A stretch of DNA of 61,729 bases, counting the filler, from Stramenopiles sp. TOSAG23-6 (taxonomy: Eukaryota): the NCBI GenBank assembly GCA_900128565.1. It is 2 parts of 2 records of this genome, joined end to end, with 100 filler letters (N's around TTAATTAATTAA, not from the genome) between each part and the next. Parts side by side here need not be neighbours in the genome. Positions count along the whole stretch, not along the records: positions 1 to 30,886 come from LT635962.1; 1 more part is not named here. One strand, written 5' to 3'. The notes beneath the pieces are model-generated. The model was not told the DNA's origin and made no database searches. It was given only the letters and a program-made list of their open reading frames with translations. Shown here one piece after another: positions 1-13,208 of the stretch. Numbering within the stretch: the first letter of the stretch is position 1; each line of letters opens with the position of its first letter. A program made the translations under genes and the position numbers.

Positions 1-52
1 TACAAAATTTCGTACGAAAAAAAAATCGAATTTGAAAAAAAATAAAACATAC
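1..52 (-). mobile_element. Introner-like intron, 5' part (truncated by window edge)
   Basis: AT|GTATGTTTTATTTTTTT..TTCGTACGAAATTTTGTA family consensus. Confidence 0.85.
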
Positions 53-778
53 ATGATTATCATATTTTTGAGTATCTCCTGCTGAAGTATTCATTATTGA
101 ACTTGTAGGATTCCACCATCGTTGACAGCACCATGAAGCTTCAGACTTTGGATAATTTCGCTCTGGTAGTCCCTCATACTGCCCATCGTTTTTTTCTTCC
201 GCACCAATTGAATTTTCATCGTCGTCATTCGCTTTGAATCCTAAAGGTCTATTACCCTCCTTTTCTAAAAGTTGTAATAAATCATCCGCATCGATGTCAT
301 CATTATTACTCTTGCAATTAGTATCTTCTTCATATCGTTGCTCATACGCACCAAACCAACCACAATTTTGACCATATTCTATATAGTCATATAATGGGCG
401 TATGAAGCGATTTTCCCATAGTTGTCGTTTTGAAGAAAGTCTTTGGGGACTTTGGCAGTCATCAATAGCAAGATCCTTTTGATACTTTTTAGTTTCTTTC
501 GTTTCTTTCGTTTCTTTGGTTTCTTCTTGCCCTGGAATGACTGTAGTAGTGGTTGATGATTCTCCATCTTCTCCTATTCTTTCTGGACGAGTTGGTATTG
601 TTGACCCTGTTTGTACCAAGACGTCTTCTATCATACACATAATAACATCAACTAGGCCTAATGATTTTTGAAAGAAGTTTCTGTCTTGGAGTAACCCCTC
701 ATTATCACATACTTTAATACGCTCTTCGAACCATTCATCATAAAATTGTCGCAATTGTAGACATGGCCTCTTTGGCAT
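53..778 (-). CDS. Hypothetical protein, first exon (continues off the window past an introner intron)
   Basis: Manual translation: ATG at 778, open frame MPKRPCLQLRQFYDEW...QKYDNH ending at a CAT|GTATGT donor. Absent from the ORF track. Confidence 0.7.
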
Positions 779-1087
779 GATTTTTATTGTTTGTTTTTAT
801 CAAGTAAATGCTATAGCGGTGTGTATAGTAGTATTTTCTGCTATAGTATGGCTACTCTAGTCTACCTTGTCTTGTAAATCTGAAGTACGTTACGTTTTTT
901 TGAAACTTTTTTCGTCTTCAAGTTTAGTATCTCGGAGATTTTCAATTGAAATTATTTTACGCGAAGTAAGTACTCGACGTCACGTCGCGCAGTCGCGCTC
1001 TGTTTTTTCTCAGTTTTTCTGCCAATTTGATACTAATTTTCACGTCATTTAAAAAAAAAAAGAAAAATTTAAAAATTGGAAAATATT

Positions 1088-2556
1088 TTATCTTTTAATC
1101 ACGATAATACCATCACCAAGGACAGACCAATAATCTATATTTACAACCCATCCAAAATGTGCAATAACAGCTTTTATCTGCCAGTCAGAAGGATCTTTGA
1201 AATAGAAAATAGTACCAATATTTACTGTGTCCCAAAGTTGGGTGAGAAAAACTTCCCAGTGACCACGACATTCATATATTGTGAAAAAATATTTCAAAAA
1301 AAAATTGAAAAAATTCGTTAGGTACAAAATTTGGTACGAAATAAATAAATTCGAAATTCAATTTTGAAACATACATGTAAAACAAATGAAAACAAAAATA
1401 CATTAATATCTCTGCATCGATTATACAATTCGACATTTTCAAATTGTTTCTTGTCTTGTTTATCAACTAACTCAGTATTACCTTGATTTACTATGGATGA
1501 AATTTCTTTCGAGTTAGGGTTAGGGTAAATTAATGGTGATTTCAAATTGCATGGTAAACAATCAATCTTATGCCCAATTATTGTACTCAATTTTTCAACT
1601 AAAGGTGACCAATACTCGGATACGAAATCAAAAACAAAATAATCTGTTGTTGTCTTCGAATTCAGACAAAGTTGTTTAAACAAATGAAATCCATATAAAT
1701 CGTTACCTGGTCCACCCCCAATGGAAGCTATTTTTAATGAAGATGATTTCAAAAGTTGGTCGGATATACACTTAATTCCATTACATTGTAGTAGTGAAGG
1801 ATTTTTTTTCTTTTTCATTTCTATTTCCATGGGCTTTTCTATTGTTTTATTTCCCTCCATTTCTAATGGACAAGTTATACCTATAGGGTTAGGGTTAGGG
1901 CTAGAGTTACTTATGGTATTAGTACTTGTAATTACTGAGTGAAATGCTTCAAATACAAGTAATGCACGATTTGTAAATTTATGCTTCAAATATCCCCAAA
2001 GAGCACCTTGTTCGGAGAAATCCTCTTTTTTAACATCTCCTTTTCTCATTTTTAGCTGAAGCTCGTTCGATAGTTTTATGTTTTTACTTCGCAGTGTTTG
2101 GTATCTAGGCTCATCAGATAATAAAAGCTGAGTATCATTTTGAAATCTTTTGTGCACTTTAGCAATTAGCTCAGGTGGAGCTGTGCTAAATTCTACTTTG
2201 GCTCCACGCATTTTTGCCCCACTACCACCAGGTTCAAGACGAGCCCGACCTCGGCTTGTACTTTGCTTTTTAAGCCAGCGTGTTAGCTTCGCATCGGGCT
2301 CTCCTACCAAATCTTGAGTTGCATTCCTCTTTTTACCTCGTTTGTGGTCAACCCTATCTACACGTCTAATGCCTAGTGCAATCAATGCATTTTCACCAGG
2401 TAATATTGGTCGGTTCAGTGTGCCCTCCTTCCTGAGTGTGGCCGCTGCTTCCCTCTTGCGTTCGGTAACGTTCCCGCTGGCCCAGTCTTCCCCCCATCGC
2501 CACTTACAATACGTTCTGATATTCGACTTCCTGCGTTTTCCTTTTGTGCGAGCCAT
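1088..2556 (-). CDS. Hypothetical SAM-dependent methyltransferase-like protein, 2 exons
   Basis: IASIGGGPGNDL glycine motif. Removing 1274-1374 gives FSFVLH|ECRGHWEV and joins the two ORFs. Confidence 0.7.
1274..1374 (-). mobile_element. Introner-like GT-AT intron (101 nt)
   Basis: CAT|GTATGT...TACCTAAC...CACAATATAT|GAA; restores frame. Confidence 0.85.
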
Positions 2557-2840
2557 TGGGAATAAAATAAACTGGAAAAACGTGCACCAGGGACCGAGCT
2601 AGAGAATGTAGAGGGTGGTATTTAAAAAAGGTAATGGAAATAATTTAGGTAAGTGCTAGTAGTACTGCTAAGTTCTACTATAGTTACCGAATCTATAATT
2701 GCCTACCTACAATAACTAGCCTAAGTACCTGTAGTTATGTAGTTGTTTACATAAACAGTGGTGGGGACGTGCAGCTGAATCTATCAAAAAGTAGCAAATT
2801 TTTCATTTCCGATTTCAATTAATTCGAGAATATATTCATT

Positions 2841-4164
2841 ATGTGGGATTTTATAACTCATATACTAGCTTACCCGACTGGCATTTTTGTGGCTTGTGTC
2901 TCCGTTGCCACAGTGCATAGGTTCCAAAGACATTCACGGAGAAAGCGTATTTCTTTCAAGAGATTTTGCAAAGTCATTCCTAAGATTGAGCTTCACGCTC
3001 ATCTTCATGGTTCAATTAGAGATTCAACATTAATTGATCTAATGAAGAATCTTAATTATTCAAAAAAAAAGATATCTGAATTCCCACTGCATGGCGAAAG
3101 ATCAATTAGTGAATGTTTCGAGGTATTTGCTCTCATTCATAAACTAGTTTTAGATGCTGAAACAGTTGCTCGCATCACTAGAGAAGTTCTTGAAGACTTT
3201 GCTGCTGATAATGTAAAATATGTAGAGTTGCGAAGTACACCGAGGGTAGTTGAACAACATGGCTTAACAAAACGATTGTATGTTAAAACTGTTGTAGATA
3301 CGTTGAAGCATTGTGAAGAGATGCTTGGAATTCGTGCGCGTCTTATCCTCAGTATTAATAGAAAAGAAACACTAAAAGATGCTTTTGAAACACTCGAACT
3401 CGCGATGGAATTTGCAAATACTAATGATGGATCAACAAATTATGTCGTTGGTTTGGATTTTTCTGGTAATCCCACAATTAGCTCATTTAGTGCATTTTAT
3501 CCTGTATGGAAAAAAGCAAAAGAAAGTGGATTAAAACTTGCAATTCATGTTTGTTTTCGACATAAATTTCAATTTTTTTTTTGTATGAAAATTCGTACCT
3601 AACGGGTTTTTTTTTTTTCAAAAAAACAAATATTTTCTTACAGCACATGTCGGTGAAGTACCTTGTGCTGCATATACCGTACTGACATCGGATGAAACAC
3701 AGATGACACCTGAAGAAAAGAGTGCGGTCGATACAACAGATATTTTACAATTCAATCCTGATCGATTAGGGCATGCTGTATGCCTCAACCACGACCACAA
3801 AACATATTTACTTTCACAATTACAAGACAAAAATAGAAAAGCAATTCCAATAGAAATTTGTCCAACATCCAATGTAAGAACGTTAGGATTAAAGAAATAT
3901 GAGGATCATCCAACATGTAAGTTTTGGTTGGATGTAGGATATCCAATAAGTATAAATACAGATGATATGGGAGTTTTTTCTACATCTCTCAGTGAAGAAT
4001 TATTTCGTATCGGTAATGCTTTAAAAATAAGTAAAGTTGAGTTGGGAAAACTTGTTGTAAACTCTATTTCTCATTCATTCTTATCAGAAAAAGAAAAACA
4101 GAAAATGTCAAATGAATTTCGGTTGAAAATATCTTCTTGCTTAAGACTGTGTAATGTTGAGTAG
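2841..4164 (+). CDS. ADAL: Adenosine deaminase-like protein (ADAL/MAPDA), 2 exons
   Basis: Motifs PKIELHAHLHGSI, YVELRSTP, GLDFSGNP, IH|VGE, RLGHA, IEICPTSN, INTDDMGVF. Confidence 0.9.
3549..3648 (+). mobile_element. Introner-like GT-AT intron (100 nt)
   Basis: ATTCAT|GTTTGT...TACCTAAC...TTACAGCACAT|GTCGGTGAA restores the catalytic HxGE motif. The nearby AG would frameshift. Confidence 0.85.
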
Positions 4165-4299
4165 TTGGTACACTCAGTAGAGTTCTAGAGTCACTTACTA
4201 CCAGTTCAAAAACAAATTACTGATGCGTTGTAAAAAATGTTAATACTTTATAATAAATGGCTTGGTTATTAAAGAAATAAATTGCCAATTCTTTATATG

Positions 4300-4509
4300 C
4301 TACACATAGAGCCCCGCCCATAGGAGTAAAAATAGTGTGCCGAACCCTAAAAAAACAGAACTGAACAAAGCTAACAGCAACTCAACCACGATGTTTTTCT
4401 TCTCACGTGTTACGCCCAATTCAAACACTAAGAATGCACCCGTGCCTAAGAGTCCAATAATTGTAAATATTATAGCAAAAAGACGGAAATTATATGTGGA
4501 AAGCTCCAT
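4300..4509 (-). CDS. TMEM258: Oligosaccharyltransferase subunit TMEM258/OST5
   Basis: Two TM helices; C-terminus ELLLALFSSVFLGFGTLFLLLWAGLYV. Confidence 0.85.
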   Translation of the reverse strand: MELSTYNFRLFAIIFTIIGLLGTGAFLVFELGVTREKKNIVVELLLALFSSVFLGFGTLFLLLWAGLYV

Positions 4510-4827
4510 ATTTTCTACAACTACAATGTTTGGTTTCTATACAAAACTAAAACAAGAAACTTGAGACCAATCTATCTTACTATTATCAAGGGACGCTGAA
4601 GTCGTTCGTTCGTGTGTCATGGATGGCCAAACGACCTGTCATTTTTGAGGTGAACCGGGTATCCGGATATCCGTCGGTTAAAACTTTCCCTCTCCTTTTA
4701 GAAAATAATCGTATCTACGTCTATTATATAGTCAAGGAAAAATAGAAATAGTTTTGCGTGAATTAGAACTCTGAATTGGAACTTGATTTTAAATTAAGCA
4801 TATATATCCGCATACACCAGAAGAATC

Positions 4828-7800
4828 ATGAGTGCTCCTCAGCCTCCATTGCCAAAAGATTGGATCGCGGCAACAGATAAAAAGACAGGTAAGCTTTACT
4901 ATTATCATAAAGTAACGCGAGAGACTACGTGGGTTCGTCCACTTCCTGAAGTGGGTGGTGAAACGAAAATAGACTCGAACAAGCAGGTAAAACGTACATT
5001 GTTGAGGGGTGGTATAACGCCCCGTTCAAAATTACTACAGTCGAAAAAAATGAAATCAGAAGCTGAACAATTTGTTGCGACGTCTTCACCTGATCAAATA
5101 CGAAAACGAATTGAACAACTAAAAGCAAAAGTCAAAAAGCAAAATGTTCAAGCCAAAAGAGCGAATCAAGAATTAGTAAGAACTATTCGTGCAACTGCGC
5201 AAGAAAGTCTTCAGCTTGTTAAACGCGAAGGTAATAATGCAAAAAAACTTCGTAGTAAAGTCAATGCAGTTGAAATTAAATTTGCAAAGACACAACAAAT
5301 GTGGTTAAGAAAATTGCGCGAAATGCAACAGATATTATTGAAAAAACACCAAGTTCAACTTTCGCGTTTAGCAAACGCAGATAGTCATATCTACGCACAA
5401 AAACCACAGCTTCAATTACAACAAACACAGGCTTTTCAGACGCCAATGCAGGCAAATCTACGACAGCATTTAATAACTGTCAAAGCAGCACTTGACGTTT
5501 CTCATTTAATTGATTCCGGCAACTCGGAAAAATTGAAACAGTTGAGGGAAGAAGGTCGGAAACAAAGACTAAAAACTATAGCAAATGAAGAGTCTGATTC
5601 TGCTAAATATAGAAAGTTACTTTATGATAGAGCAACAAAAAATCAAAAGTCAGATACATTGAAAAAGAAAGACTCTGACACTTCCCATGAGTTACACGAG
5701 CCACTACATTTTAGAAATCTGCCCGATAGAGATGATATTCAAAATATAGCCCCTGATTCAAAATCATTTGAGTTCCAACCACTTCTTTATTCTATCGAGA
5801 GAGGTCAAGATATTGAAAAAAACATTTCAAGTGCAAAGAAGGAACTATCTTGGGAAGTAACGGAAAGAAATTTAGAAGAATTTGCAAAGAAGACCAAAGA
5901 GAAGCTTAGCAATATAACCGACCCTACAGAAAAAGAAAAAGTCGATTACCGTGCTGTTATTATTGAGGGCGAAGTTGATAAACGTCATTTATCAAGATTG
6001 TGGCATACGAGACATTTGTCTCTTCACGCAGGGGTGATGGTTATAGAAGCAAAACCTAAGAAAATTTTGAAATTAATTAAAACACGTTCTCATAAACACG
6101 AGTACCATGTAAAATGGTGCAGTGCAAAACTAGCCCGACATGCTGAGGGGAAGAAAAAAGGGGAATTATACGACGGTGGTCGAGTTTTCGTGTTGTCCAC
6201 TGGAGAAGATGGTAAGCATATTCTAGTATTGAGAGTGAAAACACCAGAGCAAGCAGAAGTTTGGGTGGAACAAATCAATTTAGCCCGAGTTGCTGAATTA
6301 GAGAGACTTGCTCAAAAAGCAATTCCACAAAAGAAAAAAATATTTGACGCAATGCCTGATACGGGGAATCTTGAGAAATTACAAAATAGAGTAAAAGAAA
6401 GTAAAAAAACGCTAGAGCTTGCAGTGAAGGACTGCAATGCTGAAAGAGCGGAAATGCTTCTGAAATTGCGCGCTTTATCTGCAAAGGCATTGGATACAAT
6501 AGGGAGTAAACATTTCAATGTTCCGGACGATGAAAGTAAAACAGAAAAGGTAATTCCACAGTATGTAGTAAACGATAATATATATATTCACCATGATACA
6601 CATGATAAGTTCTTATCCGCTACGATTACAAAAGTAGACGACGATGGTTGGTTTCATTGTAGGGTATCCAATGGAGGGAAAAAGTATAAGGTTTATGGCG
6701 TAGATTATGGTACAAAATGGATCTTCCCAGAGAAAGTAAATGATAAGATATTAGTACACCATGATGTACATGATAAATTTGTAGCTGCGACGATTACAAA
6801 AGTTAAAGACAGTTGGTTTCAATGTACAATAGATGAAGGGGGGAAATTGTATAATGTTCATACTGAAGATTTTGGTAGAAAATGGATTTACCCAGAAGAA
6901 AAAGTAAAGCGTCGCACAAAGTATGACAATAATGTGTCGACAAATCGTCATATTAGAGTCCTCCCAAATACTACAGATATCTCTGTCCTGGGAGTACTAG
7001 GTGAACATCATAAATTGTACAAAACTAAGCGAAGCAGGTTACAACACGGTATGAGGGTTCTGAATAAAGTTCACGAATATATGAATGATAAAGATCATTT
7101 TCGTGAGGAGCATTGGAATTATATCAACAAGTTGTTAGGCTACGATCTTGGAAGTCCCTCAAATAGTCCTACCAACTCCCCTCGATATAGTGATAGACAT
7201 AGTCCAAGAGCATTTCGTGTTCCATTGGCAAGGAAAGACTTGCGCCTGGATCCTTCTGATGAACAGTTTATTGAATGGATGGGGCGCCTTCGAAAATCGG
7301 AAGCGTTATTAGACGTCAAACTTTATGGTGTCAAAAGTATGATATTAATAGTTTCACTAATGCAACTGGCACCGTCGCTTGAGTTTTGGCAAAAACGTCG
7401 GCGATATCAACATGAAATATTTGCGGAACTTCAGCAATTAAATGGTAGTGGAAGCGCGCCAAGTGAGTGGAATGTTGATGAAATTGTATCTTGGGTTCGT
7501 TACACTTTACTGGAACCACAGTGTGCTGACGCGTTTAAGACAGAAGATGTGGATGGTATTACTTTACTACAACTAGATGAAGAGACATTTGCTGAGCTTG
7601 GAATTAATGATTCTCGAGTATGTAAAAAGGTCATGCGAAGATTTGCAAATATTGAAAATTTATACAGAGAGAAACTAAAAAAGAAGGAAAGAGAAAAGGC
7701 AAAGGAAAAACGATCACGAGAAAGAAAAGCTCATAAAAAACATCATCATCGGTCTAGGGTAAGTGATCTCATAAAGAGATTTACCAAGAAAGATGATTCT

Positions 7801-10800
7801 TCAAATAGTAGCGATACGGAGGATGAACATGATGAGCGTAAAATANAAAATANAAAAAAACAGNAAAAATNANTCCAGAGTATGCGGTAAATGACAATAT
7901 ATATATTCACCATGATGTGCATGATAAGTTCTTAGCCGCTACGATTACAAAAGTTAACGATAATTGGTTTCAATGTACAATAAATGATGGGGGGAAATTG
8001 TATAATGTTCATGAGGAAGATTATCGTACAAAATGGATCTTCCCAGAGAAAGTAAATGATAAGATATTAGTACATCATGATATACATGATAAATTTGTAG
8101 CTGCGACAATTACAAAAGTTAAAGACAGTTGGTTTCAGTGTACAATAGATGAAGGAGGGAAATTATATAATGTTCATACAGAAGATTTTGGTAGAAAATG
8201 GATATATCCCGAGAAAACAGTGTTACTTCCAGAAACACTGAAAGTAAAACAGAAACATCATAGTGTTCAGTTTACATTATTTGTATCTAGAAGTTTAGCT
8301 AATCTCGTTGCTGATGGTATTGATTGCTTAGGCAAATTAAACCCACGACAGCGAACAGCTGCATTTACTCGTCTTCGCCAAGCAGCTTTACTTTTGCTTG
8401 CACAATTAGAAAAATGTGCTGAAAGAAGACGGTCAATGGATCTAAAAGTTCCTTCTCATAAAGTTGGTCCGTATGCAACAGTTGTTCAACTACATCAGCG
8501 TGTTCAGCAACTTGAAGGGTTGGTGAAGCATGGCCCAGCATTAGAAAAAGACATGGGCTTAGCGTGGGGTCCAAAACTAAAGGAAAAAGAGGGCGAAGAA
8601 GATCATCCTGGTGACGCTTTAGCTGATTTACAAGAAAACTATGATGAGTTGCAGAAATCATATAAAGAAATGAAAGCAAAGTTGGATGCTCAAAAAATGA
8701 AAAGAAGAGCTTCTATGAATGCTCTACAAGCAAAACTAGATGCTGCAAATGAGGTAGCCGATGCAGCAATTCTTGCTAATAAAGATAGTGCAATAGAACT
8801 CAAACAAAATGCTGAAAGAATTGAAGAGATGAAAGAAGAATTAGAAAAACGACATGAAATTGCAGACCGTATTGGCGAGCAAGCTATTGGTGTTGTGAAA
8901 GCCAAAGGAGAACTTGCTCAGGATATGTTACATAATGGTTCTCGGGAAGCTCCATCCAAAGACTTGCAATCCAAAGGACAATTTTTATGTTGGCGTACTC
9001 AACTTTGGTGGTATTGCGAGCATCGGTTGGCTGCAATGGGTATGATGCGCAACTTATTGTTAGTTGCAAAAACTCGCCGTCGTCGACGTATTTTATTCAA
9101 AGTTCAGGTTCTTGGATTATTTAAACGCATAGCTAATGTTCGACGACAAAGAAGTAGGGCAAAGAAAGTATTATCATTAGGTATAATACCAGCATTACTT
9201 CGTCGACGAAGCCAGTCGCAGCTAATGTTGAAAATGTGGATCCTGGGTTCAACAGGTTCTTTGATTAATAAACGAAATGAGTTACACGTTGGAGTGACTT
9301 TAGGTTTATGTGGAGCACTTGAATATCTACAGGAGGAAAGAGATAGATTCGGATCCAGTAGGAAACGAGGTCGTGGTTCTTCTAGTAAATTAAAAAGGAG
9401 AAAAACGAAGTACGGAATAGTTGTACCAAAGACTAAAGTGCGCATTGGGCATTCTATTGCAGATGAAGGCCTGTGGAAAATGATGACACATTTGAAGGAA
9501 ACATTGTCTACGGGTGTAAACACCGATGAAGGAGAAATTCATTTTAATCGAGATAAAAATGGTTCTATTATCAAAAAGAAGGACCACACAGCGGATGAAC
9601 TTGTATATGATGTATTTGATGATTTTGAAAATGTTTTTACTTCTCGACCGATTCCAAAACATAAAAAGAAGAAAAAAAAACACGGTTTAGAAGGGCAGAA
9701 ATTCAAGTTTGAATTATCAAAGATGACTGCTCAATTCTCCACCAAAATTTCAGTTTCTTCGAAGAAGATTGAAAAATCATTTCCTAATTTTGACGATTTG
9801 TTCAAAGCTGTAGGAGTCTTCGATGTTGCTAAAGTAAGCGACGAAGATATCACAATGGTTAATAATCTTTTTGGGCCTGACGGAGATGGCGCAGACTTAA
9901 AAACTTGTATTTCTGAGTGTTTCCATATTCTTTCAGTCATTCGGGACCACGCTGCTGGTGTACACAAAGAAGAGAAAGGTGATACCGGGCGCCCAATAAG
10001 GAAAGGAAGAGCAGGAGAAGTAGACAAAATAGAAGAATTATTAAGGCAAAGACGAGAGAAACGATCCGGTTCAAAGAAAAAACAAACTATCAAAAAAGCG
10101 GTATGTTTATTTAAATCACTTGCTGATGTCAAGAATATGAAGGAGTATATTGCGAGAGTTATTGCACATCCTGCTATTGACATTGATAAATCGGCAAAAT
10201 TTCTATGTAATTTAATGGCAAGCTTAGATCCAGAAGATAAACTTGTGAATCCTTCGGAGAGATTGCCCATCTTTCACGAGAAGATTTCGTTGATGATGTC
10301 TTGTTATGAAATGCCTCGAATGGTGAAAGATATCGGGGATAAACTTGCGACTCTTCGAAAAGTAACGGAAGAGGTTCTCACATCCAAAAATCTACAAGAA
10401 TTTTTATGTGTTGTTTGTAAACTGGTCAATTCAATGAAAAAATGCAAGAAAGAAATGCCTCTTAATGCGATTGACGTCTCGGAATTTGATTTAGTGTTCT
10501 TTCAATCTCTCACTCAACATCCATACAATGAGAAGAAACCTCTTTGTTATTATGCTATTCATAAAATATCTCACGCACCTAAACTGGAGCATATTCTTAA
10601 TTTTCCTCGAGAGTTGTCTAATCTTGAGGAAATGTGCAAGATAGGATTTCATGTATCTCTTGATCTTCTCTTTCGTCAACTTAAAAGCGCTATTGACACA
10701 GCAAAAGCCCAATTCAAGGTATTTTCTAAGCATGGTGATGAATCATGGAAAGTTCATCTTGAAGGAATTGTAAATGACATGGAAACACATCGCAAGGATC

Positions 10801-11384
10801 TAATTGAGGAGAGAAAGAAAATTGATCTTACATATACGAAATTATGTATCTATTTTTCATATAACTCACATTTGTGTCAAAAGACAGGCGCCCCGAAAAA
10901 ACCTTCCCATTATGAAGACATATTTATCATTTTACTGCAATTCGTTCAACATTTTACCCGACTGAAGGAGAAACACACTCATGATGAAACAGTCGCAAAG
11001 CGAGCAGCACAGGCTAAGAAGGATGCAGAAAATAAAGCAAAGCGAAAAGCACGCCGCGCTGAGAGAATGGCACGGAAGAAGATGAATAAACATGCAGAAA
11101 TCGAACAAGATGAAAAAGAATCGAAAATTCTTTTGACTGGCGGCAAGGAATTTGGTTCAGATTCAGGTGAAGATGACAGTAAACACCAGCTTTCTTCCAT
11201 GGAAAGAGCTGACATTTTACTTCAGCTTTACATTCAAGAACGCAATAAAGTCCCAAGAGGGCCAAAATTGCTAATGTTATTTGGACGTAAAAAAATCCCC
11301 GGTACTTCAGTGACTGTGTCGGATCTTCAGGAAGCAATTGATAGATATAAACGAAAGGCGAAAAAGGATAGCGACAGTGATTAA
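4828..11384 (+). CDS. Large multidomain protein: WW, coiled coil, PH-like, duplicated Tudor/SH3-like repeat pairs, SAM, divergent formin FH2-like C-terminus. Split by low-quality N-containing sequence at ~7845-7875.
   Basis: WW (LPKDWIAATDKKTGKLYYYHKVTRETTWVRP); SAM (WNVDEIVSWV..FKTEDVDGITLLQL); FH2-like (LRKVTEEVLTSKNLQEFLCVVCKLVNSM). DNA at 7860-7916 is homologous to in-frame 6541-6597, so the two ORFs are one gene. Confidence 0.7.
6541..8215 (+). repeat. Intragenic duplication: ~360 nt block at 6541-6900 repeated at ~7860-8215, each holding two ~51-aa units
   Basis: Near-identical HDKFxxATITKVxDxWFQCTIDEGGKLYNVH..KWIxPEK units. Confidence 0.85.
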
Positions 11385-11495
11385 ATTTGAATTGTAGCAT
11401 TTTTATTTGAAAAAAACAAGATAATTCTACACGGTCTTTGACAAAACTGAAATTCATAACGTGTTTTGTTTTACACACAATTTTCAATTGATTAT

Positions 11496-12893
11496 TTAAT
11501 AAAATACAAATCCCTTGAGTTCGTTCCTTGGTTCCATGCATTTCATCATTGCCTTCAAGTTAGCTCCTTTTTCTCTATATTTATCAAGTTCACCACGCAT
11601 TGTCTTTCTGAATTGTTTTTCATCTTTTGCTCTCTGCTTACGAACTCTTTCATCATGGGCAAGACTGTCCTTTCGTGATTGGATCTTTCGCATAGCTTGT
11701 TCTTGTCGTTGATTATCTACAAATGCTTGTAATTCAAGTGCCCGTCTTTTAATTTCATCTTTCTCACGCTGGTCCTTCATTTGTAGTGCCGTTGATTCAG
11801 CTTTCCACTGTTTTGCAATCCTTTTATCATTATCTTTTTCCTCTTGTTTGAGCCGTGCCTTTCGTGCCAACATTGCTTGTCTTGATTTATGTATGGCTGC
11901 TGCTTGTTGAGCACGTTTTTCATCACGTGCATCTAACATCGCTTTGTTTTTAGCATCTGCGTCCGCAACCTGAGCCTCTAGACGAGCGCCTTCATGAGTA
12001 TTCATTTTAGATAATAATTCTACAGCTCTGTCAATCATTGCTTGTTGCGCTGCCTGGCGTTCAGCTTGTAACATTTTTCGATGTTCCTTTCGCTGCTCTA
12101 TCTTGTGATCTCGTTCATCTGCATACGCTTGGATTTTGTCCATTTCTTTTGCAAGCTTTAGTTTTTCTTTGTCTTTTAATTTTTCTAGCTTCTGGTTTTC
12201 TAGCTTCATTTCAAGATTATTTTGCCTGGCTCGACGTCTCGCTTCTGCTACTTTCTGTTTCTCAGCTTCGATGTCAGCTATTGCTTTTGCTACTACAATA
12301 TTTCCTTCTATGCGTTCCTGTACAAGTCTATCTACCTTTCGCTGCATCGATTCTTTTAACTGTTGTTGCTGCTCCCGCGCAAACCACTTTGCCTTTTCTT
12401 CCCTAGCTTTCTTCTTTGCAGCATCTGCTTCATTACCTTTTCTCATATTTTCCATTGTTACTTGATGAAAGTATGCTTCCAATGCATTGTGCTCGTCAAT
12501 TACCAATTGACGTTCTCCTAATTGCGCTTCATTATGGGCAAGGACATCACTTTGCATTTGCTTTGAACGAAAACTCTTAATCTCATCTCTTTGTTCGTAC
12601 ATCAATTTGTTCGCACGACTGAGAGCTCCAGATCGTTCTTTTCTTCTTTTTCCCGCTTCAAGTTCATCAAGCTTTACACGCTCTGCTTCTAAGCGAGCTT
12701 CACGCTCTTCTCTTGCTTTGAACTTGGCCAGGCGTTGCGCTCCTAGAGTATTACCCCACGTTGCTTCCCGAGCTTTTGACTGCTTTCGTAGTCTATCTTT
12801 TTCTTTACTTTTGTCACTCTTAAATTCTTCAAAGCTTGCAGCTCGCTTTATGCGCAAGAACTCTTTGCGCGAAATTTCCAGAGCTTTCGTCAT
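11496..12893 (-). CDS. Trichoplein/TPH-domain coiled-coil ciliary protein, CFAP210 (CCDC173)-like
   Basis: All-helical charged coiled coil with the motif REATWGNTLGAQR. Confidence 0.65.
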   Translation of the reverse strand: MTKALEISRKEFLRIKRAASFEEFKSDKSKEKDRLRKQSKAREATWGNTLGAQRLAKFKAREEREARLEAERVKLDELEAGKRRKERSGALSRANKLMYEQRDEIKSFRSKQMQSDVLAHNEAQLGERQLVIDEHNALEAYFHQVTMENMRKGNEADAAKKKAREEKAKWFAREQQQQLKESMQRKVDRLVQERIEGNIVVAKAIADIEAEKQKVAEARRRARQNNLEMKLENQKLEKLKDKEKLKLAKEMDKIQAYADERDHKIEQRKEHRKMLQAERQAAQQAMIDRAVELLSKMNTHEGARLEAQVADADAKNKAMLDARDEKRAQQAAAIHKSRQAMLARKARLKQEEKDNDKRIAKQWKAESTALQMKDQREKDEIKRRALELQAFVDNQRQEQAMRKIQSRKDSLAHDERVRKQRAKDEKQFRKTMRGELDKYREKGANLKAMMKCMEPRNELKGFVFY

Positions 12894-13208
12894 ATCTTAT
12901 GTGTAATGTTTATGTGTGTGTTAGCTCTTGGAATGATGGTATTACAATATAAAAGCCTTCTGTAATTTGACTGTTTGGTGGAGAGAGTGATATAGATAAA
13001 GCTACAAGAGATGAAATCTTTCTTGTCACTAATGTAACCGAAAACAAAAAAACACGAAATCGGCCTAAATAATTGAAGGATTCGATAAAATTCCGTCGAT
13101 CTTGGCCAACTCTTTTTTTGAGAAGGATCATTGTTCGTCTAAAAATCGTATCTAGTCAAGGAAAATAGATACTAATACTATTCAAAAAAAAGATACTGTA
13201 AAAAGGCG

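Noticed and set aside
7845-7916. Programmed frameshift or gene boundary between ORFs 4828-7890 and 7917-11384
   Set aside because: Region contains several Ns and matches in-frame sequence at 6541-6597; most likely a sequencing artefact.
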